Below, one piece after another: positions 18,788 through 28,630 of a stretch of DNA of 64,000 bases (the stretch's first letter is position 1; every line of letters begins with the position of its first letter). The DNA is from Planctomycetota bacterium (GTDB lineage Bacteria; Planctomycetota; UBA8108; SXIK01). A program made the position numbers and the translations under genes. A model generated the notes under the pieces. The model saw only the letters and a program-made list of their open reading frames with translations, was not told the DNA's origin and ran no database searches. The stretch covers positions 3,648,001-3,712,000 of the forward strand of contig CBDCXR010000004.1 in assembly GCA_965223845.1 (NCBI GenBank). The letters run 5' to 3'.

Positions 18788-21727
18788 ATGTCCCGCCGTA
18801 CTGTCGGGCTAGCTGTAGCCGCCGCTACTCTCGTTTCACTCGCTGGGCCCGCTTCGGCTCAGACGACCGACGAAGGTTTCATCAATCAATGGCTCGCGTT
18901 CCCCCCGATCACGCGTGTCATCGGGGGCAACTCGCCCGGAATCGATCTCCTTCGCGTAGATTACATCGCCGATGGCGATGAAACCTTCGAGGCGACGATG
19001 CTGCCGACGGAGGACACCGAGGTCGAGCCGGACTTCTTCGATCCCGACTCACCCTCGGTCGGCCTCGCCGATCCGGCCGCGGAGAGCATCTTCACCGTAT
19101 GGGACAATGCCGAGATCGATCCACAGCTCGACACGATGGACATCGCCGCGCGCTTCGGCGAATCGCCCGACTCGGTCTTCTACGGAATCGTCTACATCAA
19201 CGTCGAAGGCGACCAGCCCATCGAGGGCTTCGTCGAGCTCGGAAGCGACGACTCCGTGCAGGTGAAGATCGACGACTGTGAGGCCTTCGTCCGCAATATC
19301 GCTCGCGGGTGCGGCGGCGCAGGCGTCGTCCAGGATCGCGCGGCCGTCACGCTCGCCCCGGGACCTCACCGCGTCATGATCAAGGTGTTCCAGGGCGGCG
19401 GCGGCTTCTGCTATCGCCTGCGGCTCACGGATGCGGAAGGCGTGTCGCTTACCGTCGACGAGCGCATCTCGGTCGGAATCGACCCGGATGATTTCGGCCT
19501 CGAGTCGCTCGACCCCGTGGGGCTTTCGCTCCAGCGAACGGTCACTCCCGACGTTCTCCCGCGCATTTCGCAGGACAACGTAGTCGACGTCAGTGTCGCG
19601 TTCGAAAAGACGCTCCCGACTCTGGCTGACGATGTCGAAGTCGTCGTCGAGGAAGTTCTCGCCGACGGCCTCACGATTACGTCGGCGACGCCGGATCCGA
19701 CGTCGAACGCCGATGGAATCGCGCGCTGGAATACGACGGTGGGCGCGCTCGTCGCGGACGGGATCTCCTACACGATCGAGATCACGGAGAAGGGTGAGTA
19801 CGACCTCGTCGGTCGCGTCACGGTCGGAACCGCACCGGCTTGCGGGACGGGCAGCGGAACGATTCTCGCCCTCGATCTCCAGGGAATCCTCCTCGGCGAC
19901 CTCGTCGGCGGTGGTGAGGGGCTCGGGGATTCCGATCCGCCTCCGTTCGCTGCGATCAACATCGACACTGGGCTCTTCATGACCCAAGACGAGGTGAACG
20001 GGAGCGACGGCAACACGTCCGACAACGACGGGATCAATCCCGCGCCGGTCGACGAGAGTGACGTCATCGACTCTGTGTTCTTCATCGACGACGAAAACAC
20101 CGACATTCAGATCATCAACTCGGGTGGCGTCGAGTACCAGTTCATCGAGGGCGACGCTCATCCGGTGAGCTGGAACGGAATCCTGAGCAACGTCACGCAC
20201 GACCGAGACAAGGGAGTCGGAAACATCTTCGTCGGTGGCGAAGGTGGCATCGCGACCGGTGTCGGCGTCCACGCGTCGGCGGGAGTGACGTTCGATCTCG
20301 CCGGAATGCGGGACGCGTATCCCGGTCAGATCGGTGTGGTGACCGGCATCGTCGGCATGGACACGTGCGGAGGGTCGGTCAACAACTACATCATCTTCAG
20401 CAATGACGACGAAGTGCTCGAGGAGCCGCTCTTCATCCAGTCGGCGACCTCGAACACCGGCGAGTTCGTCGCGCTCATCATTCCTGAAGAGGCGACGTAT
20501 ATGACCTTCGCTGCGGGCGACGCCGGAAACGGCATCGGCTGCGACCACGGTGTGTTCGGCGACATGCGCGTCCTATCGGTCGAAGACGCCGTGCTCCCGC
20601 CCGGAAACGCAGCCTGCGCACGCGATGACGACGGCAACCTCGCGCTCACTTGGGAGCACATCGGCTCGAAGCTCGGAGAGTTCCGGATCACCGCGAACGG
20701 TGAGCAAGTCGGAACGGCAGCGGGTGACGCTCTCAGCGCGACCGTCCCGTCCGCCTCGCTTCCCGATGGGGTCGTGGAGGTCTGCGTCGAGAACAGCGAA
20801 GGCGCCGCGTGCTGCGCGACCGTCGGTGGAACCTCGGTCAACATCAACTGCGGCGGTCCGGCGCTGAACGGATTCGTCGATGGCCGAAACTGGGGGAGCG
20901 ATACCAACACGAACCCGAGTCCGTTCCTCGTCGCCGGTGGAAACACGGCCGATTTCAGCAACGGCTTCAGCCCGCCGATCGGCGTCGCGGACACGCAGCT
21001 CACCGAGCCGGAGTTCGTCGACGATCCGGAACGCAGCCGCCTCTTCGCGACGGAGCGCTGGGCGGACGGCGACGTCGTCTACAACTTCCCGGTGGCGAAC
21101 GGCGACTACGAGGTGTTCCTCCTGTTCGCCGAAGGTTGCTGCAGCGATGGCTGTGAGGACCTCGACGACCCGGCGGAATCGCTCGGAAATTGCCGCGTCT
21201 TCGACATCTTGATCAACGGCGATGTCGTCGAAGATCAGTTCTCGCAGCACGTCGAGGCTCAGCGGGAGCTGGGCGAGGATCTTCCGAACGCGAACTGGGG
21301 TATCGCGCTCGTCAAGGGCCCCTACCTCGTCGAGGACTCGAGTGAGATCGAAGTCCGCATCCAGGATCTCGGCGGCGGCAACCCGCCGGAGAACGCGTCG
21401 ATCAAGGGAATCTCGATCCGCGCGGCGGGCGTCGGTGGCGCTCAGATCCGCTACGGCGACGTCAACAACGACGGCGCGGTCAACATCGCGGATGCGATCT
21501 ACAAGCTGAACAATCTCTTCGGCGACGGCCCCGTGCCGACGTGTGCGGAGACTGCCGACGTGAACTCCGACGAGGCGTACAACATCGCCGACGCGATCTT
21601 CCTCCTCAACAACCTCTTCGGTGACGGTCCGCCTCCGATCGACGGATTCGGTCCCCAGGGATTCGACTGCGGAGAGGATCCGGACCCCGCGAACGCACTC
21701 GGTTGCGCGCTCTACGACAAGTGCTAG
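18788..21727 (+). CDS. Large secreted multi-lectin protein (galactose-binding/PA14-like, Ig-like, NPCBM-like, malectin-like) with C-terminal dockerin
   Basis: SD GGAGG; signal peptide ASA-Q; GSDDSVQV...HRVMIKV; GVGVHA...DAGNGIGCDHGVFG; INCGG...FATERW...LLFAE...RVFDILING; duplicated GDVNNDG/ADVNSD dockerin. Confidence 0.8.
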   Translation: MSRRTVGLAVAAATLVSLAGPASAQTTDEGFINQWLAFPPITRVIGGNSPGIDLLRVDYIADGDETFEATMLPTEDTEVEPDFFDPDSPSVGLADPAAESIFTVWDNAEIDPQLDTMDIAARFGESPDSVFYGIVYINVEGDQPIEGFVELGSDDSVQVKIDDCEAFVRNIARGCGGAGVVQDRAAVTLAPGPHRVMIKVFQGGGGFCYRLRLTDAEGVSLTVDERISVGIDPDDFGLESLDPVGLSLQRTVTPDVLPRISQDNVVDVSVAFEKTLPTLADDVEVVVEEVLADGLTITSATPDPTSNADGIARWNTTVGALVADGISYTIEITEKGEYDLVGRVTVGTAPACGTGSGTILALDLQGILLGDLVGGGEGLGDSDPPPFAAINIDTGLFMTQDEVNGSDGNTSDNDGINPAPVDESDVIDSVFFIDDENTDIQIINSGGVEYQFIEGDAHPVSWNGILSNVTHDRDKGVGNIFVGGEGGIATGVGVHASAGVTFDLAGMRDAYPGQIGVVTGIVGMDTCGGSVNNYIIFSNDDEVLEEPLFIQSATSNTGEFVALIIPEEATYMTFAAGDAGNGIGCDHGVFGDMRVLSVEDAVLPPGNAACARDDDGNLALTWEHIGSKLGEFRITANGEQVGTAAGDALSATVPSASLPDGVVEVCVENSEGAACCATVGGTSVNINCGGPALNGFVDGRNWGSDTNTNPSPFLVAGGNTADFSNGFSPPIGVADTQLTEPEFVDDPERSRLFATERWADGDVVYNFPVANGDYEVFLLFAEGCCSDGCEDLDDPAESLGNCRVFDILINGDVVEDQFSQHVEAQRELGEDLPNANWGIALVKGPYLVEDSSEIEVRIQDLGGGNPPENASIKGISIRAAGVGGAQIRYGDVNNDGAVNIADAIYKLNNLFGDGPVPTCAETADVNSDEAYNIADAIFLLNNLFGDGPPPIDGFGPQGFDCGEDPDPANALGCALYDKC

Positions 21728-21776
21728 TGCGCGTCGGTTGAGAACCGGTCGACCGCTCGACCGGGGCTCGTAGTGG

Positions 21777-21823
21777 AACGACCCTTCGGCTTTCGGCTTC
21801 GGCCGGGTCGAAGGGTCGTTTTT
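21777..21823 (+). terminator. Rho-independent terminator
   Basis: AACGACCCTTCG...CGAAGGGTCGTT stem with inner CGGC-TTCG-GCCG hairpin, followed by a T run; lies between convergent genes. Confidence 0.75.
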
Positions 21824-21872
21824 CTAGAGAGATGGAGAGATCGTGATCTTCGCGGTGATTCTTTCGCGGACG

Positions 21873-23336
21873 CTACGGTGACGCGGGAGAGTCGGTCGAC
21901 GTCAAGAACTTGCCCCGCTCGAGTTTGACTTCGCGCCCCGGGTCGTCGTTCGAACGCGAGAGACGCAGTCTCACGCTCTTCCCTTCCGGTCCCTTCAGCA
22001 TCCGGAGGCAGTCTTCGAGACTCTTTCCCTCGGTCGAGACGCCGTCGATCTCGCGCAGGAGTAAGCCATCCGCGATCCCCGCGCGGCCCGCGGGCGACTC
22101 GGGAAAGACCCGGCGGATGCGAGCGAACCCGGACGCCGGGCCCGGTTCGAGCGCCACACCGAGGCCCACGATCTCTCGCACGAGAAGCCGGATGTTGTCG
22201 GAGCTGAGCGGCATCTCCTGAAGGAGAGCCCAGCCGATGCCCGTCGGAGAGAGCGCCATCTGGCTCGAGAGGACGACGACGCCCCGGCGCTTCTTCGTGT
22301 CGAACCCGACGAAGGCGAGGTAACCGTATCCGCCGCCTCCGTGACCGAGAAGATTCGAGCCCGGTGGCTGGTAGACGCGCTCGTCGAGCCAAGGGAGGGC
22401 CGTCCGACCGAAGCGCGGTGAGCCTTCGTGGCGGATCCGATGGGTCTTCTCCATGACGGAACGGAGAGGTGTCTCCTCGAACCCGAGGTTCGCCGCGAGA
22501 AACCGGAGGAGATCGTTCGCCGTCGATCGAAGAGCTCCGGCGCCGCGGAACACCTTCGGGTTGAAGCTCGGCGCGACCGCGCCGTCGGTCCAGTGACCGT
22601 GCGCAAGTCGGCGACGCTGCTCGCCGGACAACGCGATTCGCGTGCTCGTCATTCCGAGAGGTTCGCAGATGCGCGCGACGAGCGCGGCTTCGTATCCCTC
22701 ACCGGCTTTCCGCCCCAGAGCGTGGCCGAGGAGTCCCATCCCCACGTTCGAGTACTGAAATCGTTTTCCCGGTTCTTCGGTCAATCGGTGAGCCGAGAGA
22801 AACGTGTAGAGATCGTCGAAGGTATACGCCTCGCAGGCTAGCTTTTGCGCTTTCCGCCAAGCGGCACCGAGACCGAGGTGGTTCTCGACGGCCAGGTTGT
22901 CCGGAAACCACGGCAGCCCGGAATCCTGCGCGGCGAGATGGAGAAGCGTGATCTCGTTCTCGCCAAAGGCGGGCGCGCTGACGTCGCCGGGAAGATACCG
23001 GTCGACGGGGTCATCGACCGATACCTCTCCCCGGCGAGCCATTTCGAGAAGGAGAAGCGACGTGAACACCTTCGTTACGGAGCCGATCTCGAACACGGTG
23101 TCGCCATCCACTTCGCGATCCGTACCGTTGTCGAGCTTGCCCGCCGAGTAGATTCGCCGGCCGTTCGCGTCCACGAGTCCGATGACCATCGCGGCGTCGC
23201 TCTCGGTGAAATGATCGCGAAGGAGTCGCTCGATCTCGTCCGCGCGCGCGGTGCTGAAGCTGACTTCGGCGGCGGACTCGTTCGCCATCGCGAGAGCGAG
23301 AAACGCGAGCGCAAAGGATCGGGTGCGGAGGATCAT
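21873..23336 (-). CDS. Serine hydrolase (beta-lactamase/AmpC-like) with C-terminal PDZ domain
   Basis: FEIGSVTK (SxxK), YSN, HGG motifs; GLGVAL...SPAGRAGI..G PDZ; signal peptide. Confidence 0.9.
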   Translation of the reverse strand: MILRTRSFALAFLALAMANESAAEVSFSTARADEIERLLRDHFTESDAAMVIGLVDANGRRIYSAGKLDNGTDREVDGDTVFEIGSVTKVFTSLLLLEMARRGEVSVDDPVDRYLPGDVSAPAFGENEITLLHLAAQDSGLPWFPDNLAVENHLGLGAAWRKAQKLACEAYTFDDLYTFLSAHRLTEEPGKRFQYSNVGMGLLGHALGRKAGEGYEAALVARICEPLGMTSTRIALSGEQRRRLAHGHWTDGAVAPSFNPKVFRGAGALRSTANDLLRFLAANLGFEETPLRSVMEKTHRIRHEGSPRFGRTALPWLDERVYQPPGSNLLGHGGGGYGYLAFVGFDTKKRRGVVVLSSQMALSPTGIGWALLQEMPLSSDNIRLLVREIVGLGVALEPGPASGFARIRRVFPESPAGRAGIADGLLLREIDGVSTEGKSLEDCLRMLKGPEGKSVRLRLSRSNDDPGREVKLERGKFLTSTDSPASP

Positions 23337-23594
23337 GGGCGGACGGTCTCCGGAAAGGTTCCACTAGTTTCGAGGAGGTCTCGTTCTGAACGCTCTTCCA
23401 TCCCCTGGCCGTCGACGTCGCTAGCGCCTCAGAGAACGGGAACGGGAGCGACGAGAAAACACCCATCTCAGATTCCGCCGAGGCGAATGCGTCACGCGAA
23501 TTTCGTCCGCGCCCCGACTCTCACGCAAACGGGCGGACGCCGGAGTCCGGCGCCCGCCCGCGAGCGGTTCGATCTGGGAAGATGTAACGGGGCG

Positions 23595-24284
23595 TCAGCT
23601 CCCGTTCTTCTTCCCGATGTGGACGAGATCGTAGACCTGGGCCGCCACGATCGCCCCCACGATGGGACCGACCCAGTACACCCAGTGGATGTCCCAGTGC
23701 CCTCCGACGAGCGCCGGCCCAAAGGACCGCGCCGGATTCATGCTCGCGCCGGTGAGCGGCCCCGCGCAGAGGATGTCGAAGGCCACGGTGAGCCCGATCG
23801 CGAACCCATAGACGTTACTCGGCTTCCGGTCGTCCACCGCGACGCCGAAGATCGTCGTCACGAGGAGGAAAGTGAGGATCGCCTCGATGACGAGCACCGT
23901 GATGGCGTTGTCTCCGCTCGAGAGCGAGCCGAGCGTCGCGCCGAGTCGGGGGCCCGGTCCGTCCGCCGCAGCCTCGTTGGCACCCGGAAAAAGCGCGCTC
24001 AGCGCCGCCGCCGCGAGAAGCGCACCCAAGAGCTGCGCCACGATGTACGCCACCGCGGCCGGAGGCGCGATCCGCCCGCGCGTGAGCATCGCGATCGTCA
24101 CCGCGGGATTGATGTGCCCGCCCGATATGTGTCCCGTCGCGTAGACCGCCATCGCAAGCGCCAGCCCGTGCGCGAGCGCCACGCCGACGAGCCCCGCCTG
24201 ACCGTTGATGATGGCCCCGGCGCCGATGAAGGTGAGCGTAAACGTCCCCACCAGCTCGGCCGCAAAACATCGTCCCAAGTTCAT
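23595..24284 (-). CDS. Aquaporin (MIP family)
   Basis: AELVGTF, SGGHINPAVT, GASMNPARSFGPA, WVYWVGP. Confidence 0.95.
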   Translation of the reverse strand: MNLGRCFAAELVGTFTLTFIGAGAIINGQAGLVGVALAHGLALAMAVYATGHISGGHINPAVTIAMLTRGRIAPPAAVAYIVAQLLGALLAAAALSALFPGANEAAADGPGPRLGATLGSLSSGDNAITVLVIEAILTFLLVTTIFGVAVDDRKPSNVYGFAIGLTVAFDILCAGPLTGASMNPARSFGPALVGGHWDIHWVYWVGPIVGAIVAAQVYDLVHIGKKNGS

Positions 24285-24578
24285 TTGGCTTCGTCCCCCT
24301 CGACGAGTCCGTGGATTCGGTCGCACGCACGCCCGGACGGCGTGGTGTCGCGCGACACTCCTGCGAGCCGACTCCCCCCGATCCGCGCATCTCGCGCTGC
24401 GTGGATCGGTCACCCCGGCCCAACGACGAACGGCCCCGGCTGCTCACCCTCGACGCGGTACGGAGACCGCCCCCGGGGAAACAACGCGCGGCATTGTGCG
24501 CAGTGGCCCGAAGGGAGGTCAAGGATCCACTGCGAGGAGGAGGCGCGCTCGTGCGGATCACCGGATCCGCCCGCCGCT

Positions 24579-24965
24579 TCAATCGAGCGATTCGGGATAG
24601 AGGTCGATCGATCCGACCTCTTCGCCGGCGGCCTCCGCGGCCTTCTTCGCGTTCCACTTGGCGAGCCAAGTTTCCCAGGACTTGCCCGCCGCGGTGTCCT
24701 TTCCCGTGAACGCGATCCCGACGATCTCGTCGTACCCGACACGTCTAGACGGTCCGTCGAGCGGGAAGACATCGGCGTGCGCCGACGCTCCTTCGCCGCC
24801 GCGATTGTAGAGATAACCCTCGAGATCGTCGCCGCTGCGAAGTCTCAAGGTGACGTTTCCCCGATAGTCGAACGCGGCAGCGATGACGGGCGAGACGTCG
24901 CTGCCGTCCTCGCGCGTCCACACGTACCCTTGCGTGTACTCGGACGGAGGTTCGTTCTCGACCAC
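24579..24965 (-). CDS. Small hypothetical protein with Sm/SH3-like beta motif, immediately downstream of hpnH
   Basis: 128 aa with protein-like composition; AFDYRGNVTLRLRSGDDLEGYLYN; 2-nt gap to hpnH. Confidence 0.7.
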   Translation of the reverse strand: MVENEPPSEYTQGYVWTREDGSDVSPVIAAAFDYRGNVTLRLRSGDDLEGYLYNRGGEGASAHADVFPLDGPSRRVGYDEIVGIAFTGKDTAAGKSWETWLAKWNAKKAAEAAGEEVGSIDLYPESLD

Positions 24966-24967
24966 GG

Positions 24968-26143
24968 TTAGGAGACCTGTCGCTCGACGACCGGCTCGGT
25001 CTCGGATTCACAGCTCGAGCTCGAGCCGCACGCGGTGTCACTCGCGCCCGACCCCGCACAGGTCGCGGCCGCAGCACCGGCAGCGGGCTTCAGGGGTAGG
25101 CTCTCCCCCTCGAGATACTCTCGCGGCGGCCGCGCGATACCGAACAGAGTGGCCCGCACCGTCGCGAGGAATCCGCGCACCGAGCCGAAGGTGTCATCGA
25201 CGGCCGTCGCCTCGTACCCGCAATGGACCATGCAGTCCGCACAGCGCTCGTCTCGACCGGTGCCGTAGCGATCCCAGTCGGTCTCGTTCATGAGCTCGTC
25301 GAACGACTCCGCGTAGCCGTCTTGAAGCAGGTAGCACGGTTTCTGCCACCCGAACACGTTGTAAGTCGGATTCCCCCACGGAGTGCAAGCGTAGTCCCGC
25401 CTTCCGGTGAGAAACTCGAGGAAGAGCGGCGACTGGTTGAAATCCCACGATCGTTTGGGCCGCTCGAGGATTTTCGCGAACATCTCTCGCGTCCGCCGCC
25501 GCTGGAGGAAGCTTCCCTGGTCCGGAGCCTTCGAATAGCTGTAGCCCGGCGACATCATCATGCCCTCGACGCCGAGAGCCGTCATTTCATCGAAAAACTC
25601 GCGCACCCGCGCGGGCTCAGCCCCTTCGAAGAGCGTCGTATTCGTCGTCACGCGAAATCCGCGCGCGATCGCCTCGCGCATCGCATCGATCGCGACGTCG
25701 TAGGTTCCCTCGCGGCAAACCGCGAAGTCGTGCTCATCCCGCAGCCCGTCCATGTGCACGCTAAAAGTCAGGAATTTCGTCGGCGTGAACTCGCCCAGGC
25801 GCTCGCGGAGGAGGAGCGCGTTCGTACACAGGTAGATGTACTTCTTCCGTTCGACGAGGCCCTCGACGATCTCGACGATCCGCGGATGCATCAGTGGCTC
25901 GCCGCCGGGGATGCTGACGATCGGCGCGCCGCACTCTTCGACGGCCGCGAAGCACTCGTCGGGAGTGAGCTCCTTCTTGAGGACGTGTGCGGGGTACTGG
26001 ATCTTCCCGCAGCCGGCGCACGCGAGGTTACAGCGAAAGAGCGGCTCGAGCATGAGGACGAGCGGGTAGCGCTTTCGCCTGAGGAGCTTCTGCTTGAGGA
26101 CGTAGGAGGTCACGGCCCAAGCTTGGGATGCGGGTACAGCCAA
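24968..26143 (-). CDS. hpnH: Adenosyl-hopene transferase HpnH (radical SAM, hopanoid side chain)
   Basis: YPLVLMLEPLFRCNLACAGCGK, CTPWGNPTYNVFGWQKPCYL, CADCMVHCGYE; TTG start with SD. Confidence 0.93.
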   Translation of the reverse strand: MAVPASQAWAVTSYVLKQKLLRRKRYPLVLMLEPLFRCNLACAGCGKIQYPAHVLKKELTPDECFAAVEECGAPIVSIPGGEPLMHPRIVEIVEGLVERKKYIYLCTNALLLRERLGEFTPTKFLTFSVHMDGLRDEHDFAVCREGTYDVAIDAMREAIARGFRVTTNTTLFEGAEPARVREFFDEMTALGVEGMMMSPGYSYSKAPDQGSFLQRRRTREMFAKILERPKRSWDFNQSPLFLEFLTGRRDYACTPWGNPTYNVFGWQKPCYLLQDGYAESFDELMNETDWDRYGTGRDERCADCMVHCGYEATAVDDTFGSVRGFLATVRATLFGIARPPREYLEGESLPLKPAAGAAAATCAGSGASDTACGSSSSCESETEPVVERQVS

Positions 26144-26426
26144 GAGTCTCTCCGTTGGAGCCGGTCCCAGGGAACTGGCTCGGTTTCACCGGCCGACGCT
26201 TCCACCAGCCCCCGTCCATCGCCGCTCGTTTCCGCGAATGACTCACGCGGTGACGAATCCCCGCGATCGTCGAAGTGCGGCCCGCATCCGCTCCTCTCCG
26301 GTATTAGTTCGGCCAGCCGCTCGCGTTCACGTTGTGATACCCGCGGCTCGGACCAGATTCAACCAAGATCGACGCGAAGCGCGGGGCCGCGACGGAGGCG
26401 CTTCCCAGAGACTCAGTGCAGGCTCT

Positions 26427-27728
26427 TCACCGCGGCTCGTGACGAAACGCACGCTTTCCCGCGCCGTAGTCTCCCGCCACGTGCCCGCGGCCGCGCAAGT
26501 GGTACTTGTAAATCACGAGTCCCTCGAGTCCCACGGGGCCGCGCGCATGCGTCTTGTTGGTGCTCACGCCGACTTCCGCGCCGAAACCGTAGCGGAAGCC
26601 GTCGGCGAATCTCGTCGAAGCATTGTGGTAGACGCCAGCGGAATCGACCCGCGCGAGGAACGCATCGGCCGCGCTCTCGTCTTCGGTCACGATCGCGTCC
26701 GTGTGGTGAGATCCGTGCGAGTTAATGTGCTCGATCGCATCGTCGATGCTCTCGACCGTGCGAACGGCGAGGACGAGATCGAGAAACTCGGTGTCGAAGT
26801 CCTCCGGCGCAGCGGCGACGGATCCCGGAAAATACTCGCGGGAGTCCGCGTCCGCCCGAATCTGCACGCCTGCGTCCCTCAGCGCGGCCGCCACCGCGGG
26901 AAGCACCCGGGCGCGCGCGTCGCGGTGGACGAGAAGGGTTTCTGCGGCGTTGCACACGGCGGGATAGTTCGTCTTCGCATCGAGAACGACGCGGACGGCG
27001 GTGTCGGGATCGGCGGCGGCATCGAGATAGACGGAACAGATTCCGTCGGCGTGCCCGAGGACGGGGATGCGTGTCGAGTTTTGGATCGATCGCACGAGCT
27101 CGTTCGACCCGCGCGGGATCACGAGGTCGATCCACTCGTCGAGCGCGAGCATGTCGCGCACCTCCTCGCGCGTCGCGATGAGCTGCACCGCGTCTTCCGG
27201 CACTCCCGGCACGTCCGCGAGACCGGCGCGGATCGCCTCGACGATCGCGCGGTTCGTTCGATCGGCCTCGCTGCCGCCCTTCAGGATCACGGCGTTCGCA
27301 GACTTGAGGCTGAGGGCCGCGATCTGAAGTGCCGCGTCGGGGCGCGACTCGAAGATGACGCCGATCACCCCGATCGGACAGGTCACGCGCCGGAGCTCGA
27401 GACCATCGTCGAGCGAGATCGCGAACGTTTCGAGCCCGACCGGATCGGGGAGCGCCCGGAGGTCATCGAGACCGGCGAGACCGCCGTCGAACTTCGCGCC
27501 GGTGAAATCGAGGCGCTTCAGCAGCGGCGGAGTCATTTCGCCGCGCTCGACGAGCGCAGCGCCCTCGTCGCGATCGGCATCGTTCGCCGCCGAGATCGCA
27601 GCGCGCGCCGCCAGCAGGCGTTCACCGACCGCCTCGAGCGCGCGGTTTCGCGTCGCCGTGTCTGTCGCGGCGAGCTGGAGCGCGGCGGCGCGCGCGCGGC
27701 GGGCGATGTCCTCGATGGGAGTGGTCAT
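26427..27728 (-). CDS. proA: Gamma-glutamyl phosphate reductase
   Basis: PIGVIGVIFESRP, LKGGSEA, AVCNAAETLLVH, NASTRFADG, HARGPVGLEGL. Confidence 0.96.
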   Translation of the reverse strand: MTTPIEDIARRARAAALQLAATDTATRNRALEAVGERLLAARAAISAANDADRDEGAALVERGEMTPPLLKRLDFTGAKFDGGLAGLDDLRALPDPVGLETFAISLDDGLELRRVTCPIGVIGVIFESRPDAALQIAALSLKSANAVILKGGSEADRTNRAIVEAIRAGLADVPGVPEDAVQLIATREEVRDMLALDEWIDLVIPRGSNELVRSIQNSTRIPVLGHADGICSVYLDAAADPDTAVRVVLDAKTNYPAVCNAAETLLVHRDARARVLPAVAAALRDAGVQIRADADSREYFPGSVAAAPEDFDTEFLDLVLAVRTVESIDDAIEHINSHGSHHTDAIVTEDESAADAFLARVDSAGVYHNASTRFADGFRYGFGAEVGVSTNKTHARGPVGLEGLVIYKYHLRGRGHVAGDYGAGKRAFRHEPR

Positions 27729-28083
27729 GGTCGGAGGGACGCAAGGGAGAGATCGAAACGTGCGGTCCGGGGATCGCCGCCGGCTCCGCGTAGCGCGGGA
27801 AACCTCGAGTCTAACCCGGACGTCTCGCTCGATTCCACCGCACGCGTGCCCGGCGAGAGACGACGCCGGCGTCCCCGTCCCGCGCGCGGCCGAGCGGCAC
27901 CGTGCGCCGAGATCGCTGAGCCTGGATTCCCCCGCGAAAGTTAGGGTAGGATCACGCGCTTAGCTTAGTTTCCTACTCGCTTCGACCCCACCCGACGGTT
28001 CGTCCGCTCGCGGTGCCGGTCGAATCAGGAGCGGAGTCTGCGCGCCTCGGTCGAACCGAGGCCATTCACGAAAGGCGAAAACC

Positions 28084-28602
28084 ATGAGCCAAGAACGAAC
28101 CGGTGTGATCACCTTCAAGGGCGGCCCTCTCACTCTGATCGGCCCCGGCCTTTCCGCGGGCGACGACGCACCCGACTTCGAGGCGATCAACCAAGGTCTC
28201 GAGCCGGTGACGCTCGCATCGTCGAAGGGGCGAGTGAGACTCTTCTCCGTCGTTCCGTCTCTCGACACGCCGGTGTGCTCCATCCAGACGAAGCGCTTCG
28301 CCGAGGCGATCGGGAACCTTCCCGACATCGTCGACGTCGTCACCGTGAGCGCGGATCTACCGTTCGCGCAGGCGCGTTGGTGCGGGGCGGAAGACGTGAC
28401 CGCGACGACGCTCTCCGATCACCGCTCGCTCTCGTTCGGCGAGGCGTACGGCGTGCTGATCAAGGAGCTCCGCCTCCTCTCGCGCGCGATTTTCGTCGTC
28501 GATGCGAACGATAAGCTCGCCTACGTCGAAATCGTCCCCGAGGTCACGTCGGAACCCGATTACGAGAAAGCGCTCGAAGCCGCTCGAGCCGCCGCTGGAT
28601 AA
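28084..28602 (+). CDS. tpx: Thiol peroxidase Tpx
   Basis: VPSLDTPVCS, SADLPFAQARWCG, LLSRAIFVV. Confidence 0.95.
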   Translation: MSQERTGVITFKGGPLTLIGPGLSAGDDAPDFEAINQGLEPVTLASSKGRVRLFSVVPSLDTPVCSIQTKRFAEAIGNLPDIVDVVTVSADLPFAQARWCGAEDVTATTLSDHRSLSFGEAYGVLIKELRLLSRAIFVVDANDKLAYVEIVPEVTSEPDYEKALEAARAAAG

Positions 28603-28630
28603 CCTCGACGCCGCCGCGCCGCGCCGAACC

